A stretch of DNA of 29,227 bases from Fibrobacteria bacterium (lineage in GTDB: Bacteria; Fibrobacterota; Fibrobacteria; UBA11236): NCBI GenBank assembly GCA_041746255.1, contig JBGTHM010000056.1:1-29227 (forward strand), read 5' to 3'. The position numbers and the translations under genes were made by a program. Shown here in pieces: positions 1 through 9,505 of this stretch; positions within the stretch are counted from its first letter, which is position 1; the number at the start of each line of letters is the position of its first letter. The notes under the pieces are model-generated. The model had not been told where the DNA came from. It ran no database searches and saw only the letters and a program-made list of their open reading frames with translations.

Positions 1-45
1 CCCTTGCATGCCATGCAAGTGCTCTACCAGCTGAGCTATGGCCCC
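1..45 (-). tRNA. tRNA-Ala(GGC), 5' part; 3' end lies outside the window
   Basis: Reverse complement reads GGGGCCATAGCTCAGCTGGTAGAGCACTTGCATGGCATGCAAGGG: acceptor 5' strand, D-arm, anticodon stem CTTGC/GCAAG, loop ATGGCAT. Confidence 0.95.
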
Positions 46-57
46 ACGAAGGCACCA

Positions 58-85
58 AAATTACTTCAGATTCCAGAAATTTCAA
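58..85 (-). promoter_or_regulatory. Candidate sigma70 promoter for tRNA-Ala
   Basis: Minus strand TTGAAA-N16-TAATTT ending 12 nt before the tRNA 5' end. Confidence 0.4.
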
Positions 86-206
86 GGCTGGCGGCTATGA
101 TAGGCGCTCGCACCCCCGATTCGGTTTATTCTTCGCCTGCCATTCCCACGCTGGTGCGAATGGTGAAAATGGCCATGACTATGCGCCAGGAGTGAGCGGG
201 TGGCCC

Positions 207-1301
207 TCAGTCCGCCACTTCCAATTTTTCATAACGGGAGTTGCGCTCTTTAGGCTGACGCCCTTTGGAAAGAATCAGGGATCTCAATTCGTCCGAGCTC
301 ATCCCCGGCCGCTGCATTCCCCCCGCCATGGAATAGATGCGCGTGCTGTCGTCCACGGTTCCGTCGAGGTCGTCGACGCCGTAGTCCAGGGCCGTGACGG
401 CCAGATCGATTCCGAGCATTACCCAGTAGGCTTTAAGATGGGGAATATTGTCCAGGAAAAGCCGGGCCACGGCGTAATTACGCAGGTCTTCGTGGGCCCC
501 GACTTCGGGAATATGGCTGAGTGCGTTCCGCTCATTGCGGTAACGTAAGGGAATGAAGGCCATGAAACCGCGCGTTCTGTCCTGCAGGTCCCGCAAGCGC
601 CGCATATGGTCGACGCGATGGCGATACTCCTCCACATGACCATAAAGCATGGTCGCGTTGGAAGCTATCCCCAGAACATGGGCTTTCTCATGCACGTCAA
701 GCCAGGTATGCGTTGGGGCCTTTCCGCCCGCGATGGTCCGCCTGACCTCCGGATCGAAAATTTCCGCTCCTCCGCCGGGAAGCGAATCGAGCCCGGCCTT
801 TTGCAGCCGCACCAGAGCCTCCTCCACCGGGATTTTGCTCTTACGGGCGAAATAGGAAATCTCCACCGCGGTGAAAGCCTTGATATGCAATTCGGGCCGG
901 TGGGCGCGCAGGTAGGCGCACAGGCTCTCCCCATATTCCACCCCCCTGTCGGGGTGTACGCCTCCGGTGATATGGATTTCGGTTAAGGAACCGGGAGGGT
1001 AGGGTTCCAAGGTCCGGGAAAGATCATCGAAAGTATAATCCCAGGCGCCATCATCGGTCCCGGCCCGCGGCGGACGATAGAAGGCGCAAAACTTACAAGC
1101 ATAAACGCATTTGTTGGTAGGCTCAAAGTGGATATTGCGGTTGTAGTAAGCTTCGTCTCCATGCTTTTCGACGCGCACGGCATCCGCCCGCTCCCTGAGC
1201 CATTCAAGCGGCGCATTCTGATAGAGCCAAAGCGCATCCTCCTCGGAAAGCCTTTCGCCCTGCGCCCTCTTGACATCGATTTCAGTGAGAGAAGCGGACA
1301 T
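207..1301 (-). CDS. mqnE: Radical SAM protein, CofH/MqnC/MqnE family; most like aminofutalosine synthase MqnE
   Basis: CxxxCxxC (CVYACKFC), GGVHP, HIKAFTAVEI, SLPGGGAEIF, ATMLYGH, HLKAYW. Start moved to ATG 1301 (AGGAG RBS). Confidence 0.8.
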   Translation of the reverse strand: MSASLTEIDVKRAQGERLSEEDALWLYQNAPLEWLRERADAVRVEKHGDEAYYNRNIHFEPTNKCVYACKFCAFYRPPRAGTDDGAWDYTFDDLSRTLEPYPPGSLTEIHITGGVHPDRGVEYGESLCAYLRAHRPELHIKAFTAVEISYFARKSKIPVEEALVRLQKAGLDSLPGGGAEIFDPEVRRTIAGGKAPTHTWLDVHEKAHVLGIASNATMLYGHVEEYRHRVDHMRRLRDLQDRTRGFMAFIPLRYRNERNALSHIPEVGAHEDLRNYAVARLFLDNIPHLKAYWVMLGIDLAVTALDYGVDDLDGTVDDSTRIYSMAGGMQRPGMSSDELRSLILSKGRQPKERNSRYEKLEVAD

Positions 1302-1495
1302 AGAACTCCTTCTTGTGGCCAGTTTTGCTGCCTTTAAAATATTAAGGAGTTTAGCTCTTGCGCGAAAAAGGATGATTTTGCTGCGAGAAGCTGGGCTATG
1401 ATGTGGCCGGAGGGTATTAAAGCACAGAACCCTTTCCATTAATATTTATGTTTAGGGCTTTAAAGCAGCATCCCGGAGAGGACTCAAAGCGGACA

Positions 1496-1819
1496 ATGGC
1501 AACCACAGTCGATGAAATTACGGTCAATTACGAAGAAGAAGGCAAACAACTGGTCAAGGAGCTGGAAAAAGAGATTTTGACCAAGGGCGCCTGGTCCACC
1601 ATTCTTTTCAAATATCAGGATTTGGACAAGGCCACGGGTGAATTCAAGCCCCCCAAAATCGCCATACGACGTTATCAGAAGCGCAACGGAGAATACCGGA
1701 ACGCCAGCAAATTCACGATTTCCTCCATGGCCCAGGCCCGGAAAATGATTGAAATCTTGGATAAATGGAGCGGAGATGGGGGCGAAGGGGAAGCGGCCGG
1801 TGACGACGGCGAAGACTAG
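1496..1819 (+). CDS. Conserved hypothetical protein (107 aa), possible PC4/Whirly-like nucleic-acid-binding fold
   Basis: Clean ORF ending 1 nt before ybeY; basic/aromatic beta-rich core (KGAWSTILFKYQD...IRRYQKRNGEY) and acidic tail. Confidence 0.8.
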   Translation: MATTVDEITVNYEEEGKQLVKELEKEILTKGAWSTILFKYQDLDKATGEFKPPKIAIRRYQKRNGEYRNASKFTISSMAQARKMIEILDKWSGDGGEGEAAGDDGED

Positions 1820-1820
1820 A

Positions 1821-2240
1821 GTGAAAAAAAAGTCGGCTCCCCAGGTTGAGATTTTCAATACCAGCGGAGTTATTCTACCCCGAGTCGGTAATTTGCGGAA
1901 TTTGGCCTCCAAAGTTTTAGGCGAAGAGGGAGTAACCGGCCCGATAAACCTGGTTTTTTGTGAAAATTTACGGATTCGCCAATTGAATCGTGATTTCCGG
2001 AAACTGGATAAGGTGACAGACGTGCTTTCATTTGAGTATAATGAGGACGATTTGCACGGTGAATTATACATATCTGCCGAACAGGCCAAAAACCAGGCTC
2101 CGCGCTGGAAAAACACGTTCTACGCCGAATTGAAGCGTTTAATTGTGCATGGCTGCCTCCACCTCGCGGGTTATGATCATCTGAAAAAACCGGACCGCCG
2201 AATCATGACCGCCCGGGAAGACCATTATCTCTCCGCATGA
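1821..2240 (+). CDS. ybeY: rRNA maturation endoribonuclease YbeY
   Basis: LNRDFR..DKVTDVLSF, GELYIS, HGCLHLAGYDH zinc motif. GTG start chosen just after the upstream stop. Confidence 0.95.
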   Translation: MKKKSAPQVEIFNTSGVILPRVGNLRNLASKVLGEEGVTGPINLVFCENLRIRQLNRDFRKLDKVTDVLSFEYNEDDLHGELYISAEQAKNQAPRWKNTFYAELKRLIVHGCLHLAGYDHLKKPDRRIMTAREDHYLSA

Positions 2241-2343
2241 CCATTGAATTATATTTTAATGATGGAATCCAACCCCGATCCCGACCAGCGTTTCGTGAAT
2301 ACCGCTCGGGGTATTGGGCAAACGGACAGGCCTGAATAACACA

Positions 2344-3642
2344 GTGGACCCTAGTTTATCGCTTGAACTTCTCCTGCTCTTTGCCGTTTCCATAACGCTT
2401 AGCGGCATCTTGGCAGGCATGAGAACCGTACTGGCCTATTATTATGGACAGAGCAACGGGCATATCCATAATCCGGAAAACGACCTGCAAGCCCTCATTA
2501 AGAAATCCGTGCAGGCTTGGCAGAAACCCGGTTTTTTCGAATCGATCAGTCTGGGCCGCTTCTTGTTGGACGGGACGGCCTTACTAAGCCTCACCCGCTA
2601 TTTTTATGCGACCTTCACCGGCTGGACTTATGTGACCAGCGCCGTGGTGGCCCTGCCTTTCATCTTTCTCATTTCGCATTGGCTTTTTCCGTTTTTGGGA
2701 AGATTATTCGCTCCCCGTCTCGGCCCAACCGCCTTGCGCGTCAACACCGCTTACTCCTTGCTCTTGATGGGTAGCGTGGGAGCCGCCCTTTACCGCGCCA
2801 ATGACTTTCTGCTTCGGCTCCGGGGCATCGACCAGAAACTCAGTTTTCTCGGTGAGCCCAGCCATAAGAAACCGGGAACACCGCATGAGGGAGAACCCGA
2901 CCATAGCGGATTGGAAGCCGAAGAGAAGGAGATGATTCGCAGCATTTTCGATTTGCGCGAAACCCAGGTGCGCGAAATCATGACCCCACGCGTGGATGTC
3001 AAAGGTCTGGAAATCAATACACCCTATGAGCAGGTCATTGAATTCATCACCAAGGAAAAGTTCAGCCGTATTCCGGTATACGAAGAGAGCCTGGACAATA
3101 TCCGGGGAATCCTCCATATCATGGATTTGCTGACGGCCAAGGTGGAAAGCAACGAGAATTTCAAGCTTTCGGAATTTATCAAAGAGGCCTTTTTCGTACC
3201 GCGCACCAAAAAAATCGGCGAACTCATGCGCGAGTTCCGTATCAAACACGTGCATATGGGTATGGTGGTGGATGAATACGGCGGCACCGCCGGCCTCATC
3301 ACCCTGGAAGATATCCTGGAGGAAATCGTAGGCGAAATCCATGACGAAGACGAAGTGGAAGCCATCAAACTCAAGAAGGAGGATGATGGAGTCTATCTCA
3401 TCGATCCCATTCTCTCGCTCTCAGACCTGCAGGAGGAGACGGGCATCGACTTGAAGCCTGAGGAAGAGGATATCCAAATCGACTCGGTGGGGGGATTCAT
3501 TCTTTTCATCCACGGTAAGGTTCCCGAAATCGGCGATCTAATCCGCTATAGGGATTACTCCTTTGAAATCATTGAGATGGATGGGCAGAAACTGGAATTG
3601 ATCCGGCTATTGGTCAACTCACCGGTTACCTTGAAAAGTTAG
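2344..3642 (+). CDS. Hemolysin/CNNM-family membrane protein with CBS pair and CorC_HlyC domain
   Basis: Hydrophobic N-terminus, VREIMTPR, FSRIPVY, VVDEYGGTAGLITLEDILEEIVGEIHDE; ybeY-adjacent context. Start uncertain (2314 or 2344). Confidence 0.9.
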   Translation: MDPSLSLELLLLFAVSITLSGILAGMRTVLAYYYGQSNGHIHNPENDLQALIKKSVQAWQKPGFFESISLGRFLLDGTALLSLTRYFYATFTGWTYVTSAVVALPFIFLISHWLFPFLGRLFAPRLGPTALRVNTAYSLLLMGSVGAALYRANDFLLRLRGIDQKLSFLGEPSHKKPGTPHEGEPDHSGLEAEEKEMIRSIFDLRETQVREIMTPRVDVKGLEINTPYEQVIEFITKEKFSRIPVYEESLDNIRGILHIMDLLTAKVESNENFKLSEFIKEAFFVPRTKKIGELMREFRIKHVHMGMVVDEYGGTAGLITLEDILEEIVGEIHDEDEVEAIKLKKEDDGVYLIDPILSLSDLQEETGIDLKPEEEDIQIDSVGGFILFIHGKVPEIGDLIRYRDYSFEIIEMDGQKLELIRLLVNSPVTLKS

Positions 3643-3665
3643 TCTGCGTCTTGCTGGATCGGAAA

Positions 3666-3890
3666 TCAGCTCTTCAGCGACTCGATATTCCGTAACAAAT
3701 CATCGTTGTAAAAATCCAACAAGGGTAACCGATTCAGTATCTCTTCGGTGTTGTCCAGGCATTCGGCATTATCCCGAATCACCAAGATAAGGCGATTCAC
3801 CGAATGGTGCAGACTCCGTAATGATTCCTTCAACTCTTCCCGGTTTTCCGGATGACGTAAAGCGTCCTCGAATGCTTCCATATTCCACAT
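3666..3890 (-). CDS. Small hypothetical helical protein (74 aa)
   Basis: ATG-start ORF filling the gap between two genes; amphipathic helical pattern; no family recognised. Confidence 0.55.
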   Translation of the reverse strand: MWNMEAFEDALRHPENREELKESLRSLHHSVNRLILVIRDNAECLDNTEEILNRLPLLDFYNDDLLRNIESLKS

Positions 3891-3965
3891 GAGAGAAATT
3901 TACTTATCTCTCAGACGCAGGGGAACCAGAAACGTATTTTGAGGAAGCGACTCGGGAGGATTTTC

Positions 3966-4361
3966 ATGGTTTTACGCTTGTTTTTGCTCTTTGCCATCGT
4001 TCCGGTGGTGGAGCTGTATTTACTTATCCAGGTAGGTATGCGCATCGGAGCGATTTCAACGCTTTTACTGGTTTTATTGACGGCAATGGTAGGTGCCAAT
4101 TTGGCACGATTGCAGGGAATGCAAACTCTTTACCGAATCCGCCTGAGCTTGAGCGAGGGAAAGATGCCGGGGGAAGAATTACTCAACGGCCTGCTCATCC
4201 TTATCGCAGGAATATTATTGCTTACTCCGGGTTTTATCACGGATATCCTGGGCTTTCTCCTCCTGCTTCCCAAGACGCGGACTTTTTTCCGCAATCTTTT
4301 GCAAGCACGGGTTGCCCGCTGGCTGAGTCAGGGCAATCTCCGCTTACGTCTCTTTTTCTGA
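3966..4361 (+). CDS. fxsA: FxsA family membrane protein
   Basis: VPVVELYLLIQVG, ARLQG, GILLLTPGFITDILG; GGAGG RBS before ATG 3966. Confidence 0.92.
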   Translation: MVLRLFLLFAIVPVVELYLLIQVGMRIGAISTLLLVLLTAMVGANLARLQGMQTLYRIRLSLSEGKMPGEELLNGLLILIAGILLLTPGFITDILGFLLLLPKTRTFFRNLLQARVARWLSQGNLRLRLFF

Positions 4362-5426
4362 GGACAATTCGGAAGGCTCAGGTTTTTTTGCGGCCTTCTC
4401 CCCCAACAATTCGGCCAGCCATCGCGTAGGCTCGAAATGGTCACAGAATACCACCGCCGCCGCAGTGAGAGGGACGCCTAGAAATGCACCCGGAATACCC
4501 CAGATAAAGCCCCAGAAACCAATGGAGAAAAGCACCACCAGGGGCGAAAGCGCGAGGAAACGTCCTTCCAACTTGGGGGCGATATAATTTCCCATGGTGA
4601 ACTGGATAAGGGTCAGGCCAATCAGGGTAAGCATAACCAACCCGATACCGCTTCCAGGCTGGATGACAGCCAGCAAAGTAGGCGGAATCACGGAGACGAT
4701 GGATCCCAGCGTCGGAATGAAATTGAGAGCGAAGGCCAATAACCCCCACACCAAAGGGTATTGGAGCCCGATAAACCAGGTGAACAGTCCTACCAATACT
4801 CCCGTGGCCGCCGATACCAGACCGAGAGCATACATGAAATTCCGCACATTGTGAGCACTTCTCGCGGCGGCTTCCGCCATTTTTCGGGAGGTTGAGGTAC
4901 CAATGGTAATTTTCAGCTTTTTCTCAAACTCGGGAACTTCCAGCAGCAGCAACAGCAGGTAGGCGATGAACAAAAATAAAGCCCCTACCAACCCGAACAC
5001 GTAGACCGCCGCCGGCTGTAAGAAGGCTAAAAATTCCTGGCCGAGAGACTGGAGATCAAATTCCCCGCGGGTTAATTCAATTCCGTGGACTTGTGCCCAT
5101 TGTAAAAGGTTCGCCAGAATTTCATTCAACCTTTCCGCATAGGTACGCCAATCTTCTCCGACAACCCTTATCATGAATACTATTGCCATAAAAGTGGCTA
5201 CCAAAACCGTAACAACCAGGAAGAGAGAAATGAAAACGGCCGCTATGCGGGGAAGTTTTTTTTCCAATTTCACCTGGATGGGCCAAACCAGAGCGGCTGC
5301 GAGAAAGGTGAGTCCCATGGGCATGGAAATAAAAGTGGTAAGCTTAAGCCCAGCCAGCACCATTATTACGGCGATAAGGGAAAGGACTCCCACTTGGCGC
5401 GATTCTCGCTTGGGAAAGTCGGTCAT
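4344..5426 (-). CDS. AI-2E family (TqsA/PerM-like) transporter
   Basis: Multiple TM helices; WGLLAFALNFIPTLGS, GNYIAPKL, FWGFIWGIPGAFLGVPL. 3' end overlaps fxsA by 18 bp. Confidence 0.92.
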   Translation of the reverse strand: MTDFPKRESRQVGVLSLIAVIMVLAGLKLTTFISMPMGLTFLAAALVWPIQVKLEKKLPRIAAVFISLFLVVTVLVATFMAIVFMIRVVGEDWRTYAERLNEILANLLQWAQVHGIELTRGEFDLQSLGQEFLAFLQPAAVYVFGLVGALFLFIAYLLLLLLEVPEFEKKLKITIGTSTSRKMAEAAARSAHNVRNFMYALGLVSAATGVLVGLFTWFIGLQYPLVWGLLAFALNFIPTLGSIVSVIPPTLLAVIQPGSGIGLVMLTLIGLTLIQFTMGNYIAPKLEGRFLALSPLVVLFSIGFWGFIWGIPGAFLGVPLTAAAVVFCDHFEPTRWLAELLGEKAAKKPEPSELSSEKET

Positions 5427-5947
5427 GAAGAAGTTCCCTTCGAAAATTGTCGAGTCCCCTCTGGAACTTTCCCCAAGAGGAGTTGCATAAATTAGTTAAA
5501 ATGAATTCCGTATCGATTAGGCGCAAGAAGGAGTTCCAGCCCTCAGTAGAATTTCCTATTACTTTTTCAATTACCATGCGGGCCGCAATACGCAAGAAAT
5601 ATGGACCGCCACAAGTCTTCTCACCCCATTTTCGTTTCTCCCCTGACGTAACACATCTTTTCCCTGTATCTTTGCTTGAAGGTGGCCCACCCTTTTTCGT
5701 CACTATCCTCAATTTGAGTATATCGGAAACAAGCCAAAATCGCCGGAAATGCTTAAAAACTGCCGAAAAATACACATTTAAGGTACCCGCAATTTGAGTA
5801 TACTCGAAAATCAATGGGGCCCCGCCGAACCTGTTCCCCATACGATCACCCGAAACCCAGCAACTTTATGGGCCGGAATTTGCCCCAATCACCATGTCGC
5901 CATCGTAGTGCATGGTATTGAGCAGCGCTCCCGGAAATTTTTCCGCT

Positions 5948-5973
5948 CGAACTTATCATTTATGTTAAGTTCG
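5948..5973. promoter_or_regulatory. 26-bp near-perfect palindrome, candidate operator or hairpin
   Basis: CGAACTTATCAT-TT-ATGTTAAGTTCG; arms match 11/12. Confidence 0.35.
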
Positions 5974-6244
5974 GCGAACAGATGCCGGCACCGATTTTGG
6001 GAATAAACTGTAGGGCCGCTTATCCCGACCCATTTCGTCGATTATTTTTATATGGTCCATATTTAACCGACCACCTCAAGATTATTTGACAACCTGGATG
6101 GATGTCACATTTCCTCCCTCGTTATTTGAATGGCTGAGGTTCAGAGCGTTTGGAAGAGAAATTCAATAAATGACAATTGGACTTTCGGCCGTATTCCATC
6201 GAAAGGCCGTCTCCTAGGATTATCCCGGCGCGGGAGGTTGAGAA

Positions 6245-6321
6245 TGGTGTCCTTGACAGGGATCGAACCTGTGACCCCCAGTTTAGGAAACTAGTGCTCT
6301 ATCCAACTGAGCTACAAGGAC
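6245..6321 (-). tRNA. tRNA-Arg(CCT)
   Basis: GTCCTTGTAGCTCAGTTGGATAGAGCACTAGTTTCCTAAACTGGGGGTCACAGGTTCGATCCCTGTCAAGGACACCA: 77 nt, loop TTCCTAA, GGTTCGA T-arm, encoded CCA. Confidence 0.97.
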
Positions 6322-6515
6322 TGAAATTCAACCGGGCGGGCCGAAAGTTACCAAAATACCCTCGAGATTTATACCCTGGACTCCCAAAATAATCCCCTTC
6401 CCACCAATTTGGTATTTTTTTGGCTGTCCCCGTCCCCGTTTCTACCTTTGGCGCTGAACCCGAAAATTCTCCGGAATTCCGGGCCTTTCCATCCTTTGAC
6501 CACAGGACATTTCCC

Positions 6516-9500
6516 TTGCTGACTCGCATTGAAGTTGCCCAAAAATCCCCGGCTACCGACTCCCGGGGCAATAAGGTTTTGACCGCTATCCGGGAGGATG
6601 TGGGACTGGCCGTAGACAGGGTCGCCAGCTTACTGGTTTATACCCTGGAAATGGAATTGACACCCGACGAAGCCCACAAGGCGGCTTCCGAATTACTGGC
6701 CGATCCCGTCACCGAAGCCGCAGGTATCGACCAACCCCTGGCTCACGACTTCGACTATTTGATTGAAGTCGGCTTCAAGCCCGGCGTCACCGACAATATC
6801 GGCCGCTCCAGCCGCGAAGGCCTGGCCGACCTATGGGACCGTAGCCTGGGTGAAGAGGACCAGGTTTTTACCAGCCGCCAATACCTTCTCTGGGGTAAAC
6901 TGACTCGCGAAGAAGCCGAACGCATCGCCGTCAAACTGCTGGCCAACGATTTAATCGAACGCTATCGAGTCATTTCGCGCGCGCAATGGGATGCGGGCGA
7001 ACGTATCCCCACGGAAAGCAACGGGGTGCATTTGGCCCATGAACCGCGCGTCGAAACCATAACGCTGCCCGATAACGATGCGGATTTGGAAAAACTCTCG
7101 CGCGATAAAATTCTCTCCCTGAGCCTGGAAGAAATGCGCGCCATCCGTACCCATTATACCGAAGCCTCGCACAGCCAAGCCCGTGCGGAAGCCGGTCTTC
7201 CGCAATTCCCCACCGACGTTGAGCTGGAAGTCATCGCTCAAACCTGGAGCGAGCATTGCAAACATAAGATTTTCAACGCCGACATCGACTATACCGATGC
7301 CGCCGGAGAAAAGCGGAACATCCGTTCCCTGTATAAAACCTACGTGAAGGCGGCTACGGCGAAAGTGGCCGAGAAAATCACCTGGCTCAAATCGGTTTTC
7401 ACCGACAACGCGGGCATCATCGCCTTTACCGAAGATTACGACATCGCCATGAAGGTGGAAACGCATAACTCCCCCAGCGCGCTCGACCCTTACGGCGGCG
7501 CCATGACAGGTATCGTGGGCGTTAACCGCGATATCATGGGCTGCGGCATCGGATGCAAACCCCTTTTCAATACCGACGTTTTCTGCTTCGCCACGCCTTT
7601 CTACGACAAACCCGTACCTCCCAAGTTACACCATCCCAAGCGCGTGCTTAAGGAAGTGCATCGCGGGGTGCGCGACGGCGGCAATGAAAGCGGAATTCCC
7701 ACCGTAAACGGCAGCATCGTTTTCGACGATCGCTTTTTGGGCAAACCCCTGGTTTTCTGCGGCACCGGCGGACTCATCCCGGCTACCGTGGGCGGAAAGC
7801 CCTCCCATCTCAAAACCATTTTACCGGGCGATCGCATCGTCATGGCCGGTGGGCGCATCGGCAAGGACGGCATACACGGAGCCACCTTTTCTTCGGCGGC
7901 GCTTACGGAAACCTCCCCCACTTCGGCGGTGCAAATCGGCGATCCCATCACTCAGAAAAAACTCAGCGACTTTTTACTGGAAGCCCGCGACCTCAGCCTC
8001 TATCGCTTCGTTACCGATAACGGAGCGGGCGGGCTTTCCTCCTCCCTGGGGGAGATGGCGCGCGAATGCGGCGGATGCCGCATGCACCTCGACCGCGCGC
8101 CTTTGAAATACCCGGGACTCGACCCCTGGGAAATCCTCGTATCCGAAGCCCAGGAGCGCATGTCCTTCGCCGTGCCTCCCGAAAAAATGGAAGCCTTCTC
8201 CGCCCTGGCCAAAAAGCGCGGAGTGGAAGTCGCCGATCTCGGAGAGTTTTCCGACGACGGACTGTTCGCCGCCTATTATGACGGCAAATTGGTCTGCCGT
8301 CTGGAAATGGAATTCCTGCACGACGGAGCGCCGCGCATGCGCATTCCCGCGCGCCTGTCGCCAACAAACCATCGCGAACCCGAAGCGGCCCGATTGCGCG
8401 AACGTGATTTACGCAGCGACGCCTTGCAATTGCTTTCCACCTTGAACATCTGTTCCAAGGAAAGCTGGGTGCGCCAATACGATCACGAAGTGCAAGGCAT
8501 GAGCGTGGTGAAACCCTTTACCGGAGCGGAGAACGACGGCCCCAGCGACGCGGCCGTTATCCGCCCGCTCTACCATCGCAAAGAGGGGTTGGCCGTCGCC
8601 CACGGCATCGTTCCGCGTTATAGCGACATCGATTGCTATCACATGGCGGCTTGCGCCATCGACGAAGCCGTGCGCAACGCGGTGGCGGTGGGCGCCGACC
8701 CCGACTACCTCGCGGGCCTGGATAATTTCTGCTGGCCCGATCCCGTGGAATCGCCGGAAACCCCCGACGGCGCGCATAAAATGGCGCAGCTGGTGCGCGC
8801 CAACGAAGCCCTGTACGATTATTGCACCGCCTACGGCCTTCCGCTCATCTCGGGCAAAGACTCGATGAAAAACGACTACCGCGCGGGAAGCGAAAAGATT
8901 TCCATACCACCCACTTTATTGGTCACGGTAATCGGCCGCCTTCCCGACGTGGAAAAAAGCATGACGCTCGACGCCAAACAAGTAGGCGACTTCGTTTACG
9001 CGCTCGGCATCACCCGCGACGAACTGGGCGGTTCCGAATATTACGCCATGCTGGGAGAAGTGGGCGTGAACGTTCCCCGCGTCGACGCCGCCGAGGCCAT
9101 GGCCCTTTACCGCGCCCTGCATAAAGCCATCCTCGCCGGTTATGTCCGCTCCGTGCACGATATGTCCGACGGCGGCCTTTTCACCGCCCTGGCCGAAACC
9201 TCCATGGCGGGAAGGCTGGGAATGGACATCCAACTCGACACCCTGCCCGTAACAGGCGAGTTATCCCCCGCCGCGCTGCTTTTTTCCGAAAGCCAAAGCC
9301 GCTTCGTCGTCACCGTGCCCGCCGCGCGCCAGGCCGAATTCGAGCAAACGCTCAGCGCGGGAGCGAAGCGTCCCGCCTTCGCCGCCATCGGGCGCGTCAC
9401 CGAAGCGCATGAATTGCGCATCGCATTGGGAGACCAAAAACTGCTGACCTTATCCCACGACGAAATGTTCCACCACTGGCATCAACCCTTGAATTGGTAA
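6516..9500 (+). CDS. purL: Phosphoribosylformylglycinamidine synthase synthetase subunit with N-terminal PurS-like extension
   Basis: AQTWSEHCKHK, KVETHNSPS, DNGAGG, SEAQERM, QYDHEV, GKDSMKN, HDMSDGG. TTG 6516 start preferred (AGGA RBS). Confidence 0.95.
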   Translation: MLTRIEVAQKSPATDSRGNKVLTAIREDVGLAVDRVASLLVYTLEMELTPDEAHKAASELLADPVTEAAGIDQPLAHDFDYLIEVGFKPGVTDNIGRSSREGLADLWDRSLGEEDQVFTSRQYLLWGKLTREEAERIAVKLLANDLIERYRVISRAQWDAGERIPTESNGVHLAHEPRVETITLPDNDADLEKLSRDKILSLSLEEMRAIRTHYTEASHSQARAEAGLPQFPTDVELEVIAQTWSEHCKHKIFNADIDYTDAAGEKRNIRSLYKTYVKAATAKVAEKITWLKSVFTDNAGIIAFTEDYDIAMKVETHNSPSALDPYGGAMTGIVGVNRDIMGCGIGCKPLFNTDVFCFATPFYDKPVPPKLHHPKRVLKEVHRGVRDGGNESGIPTVNGSIVFDDRFLGKPLVFCGTGGLIPATVGGKPSHLKTILPGDRIVMAGGRIGKDGIHGATFSSAALTETSPTSAVQIGDPITQKKLSDFLLEARDLSLYRFVTDNGAGGLSSSLGEMARECGGCRMHLDRAPLKYPGLDPWEILVSEAQERMSFAVPPEKMEAFSALAKKRGVEVADLGEFSDDGLFAAYYDGKLVCRLEMEFLHDGAPRMRIPARLSPTNHREPEAARLRERDLRSDALQLLSTLNICSKESWVRQYDHEVQGMSVVKPFTGAENDGPSDAAVIRPLYHRKEGLAVAHGIVPRYSDIDCYHMAACAIDEAVRNAVAVGADPDYLAGLDNFCWPDPVESPETPDGAHKMAQLVRANEALYDYCTAYGLPLISGKDSMKNDYRAGSEKISIPPTLLVTVIGRLPDVEKSMTLDAKQVGDFVYALGITRDELGGSEYYAMLGEVGVNVPRVDAAEAMALYRALHKAILAGYVRSVHDMSDGGLFTALAETSMAGRLGMDIQLDTLPVTGELSPAALLFSESQSRFVVTVPAARQAEFEQTLSAGAKRPAFAAIGRVTEAHELRIALGDQKLLTLSHDEMFHHWHQPLNW

Positions 9501-9505
9501 CCTGC

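Noticed and set aside
2237..2339. Short ORFs between ybeY and the CBS gene (possible frameshifted N-terminus)
   Set aside because: The main ORF already has a complete first TM helix from GTG 2344; there is no evidence for recoding.
5943..5970. dif site, because TTATGTTAAGT resembles the XerD arm
   Set aside because: The position of the XerC arm (CCGCTCGAACT) lacks the conserved ATAA, and the dyad spacer is 2 bp rather than 6.
5344..6006. ORFs of 165, 116 and 70 aa in the long intergenic region
   Set aside because: Mutually overlapping, with atypical composition and no family motifs.
6245..6270. Duplicated tRNA-Arg 3' end marking a genomic island
   Set aside because: No second copy was seen in the window and there is no adjacent phage-type integrase.
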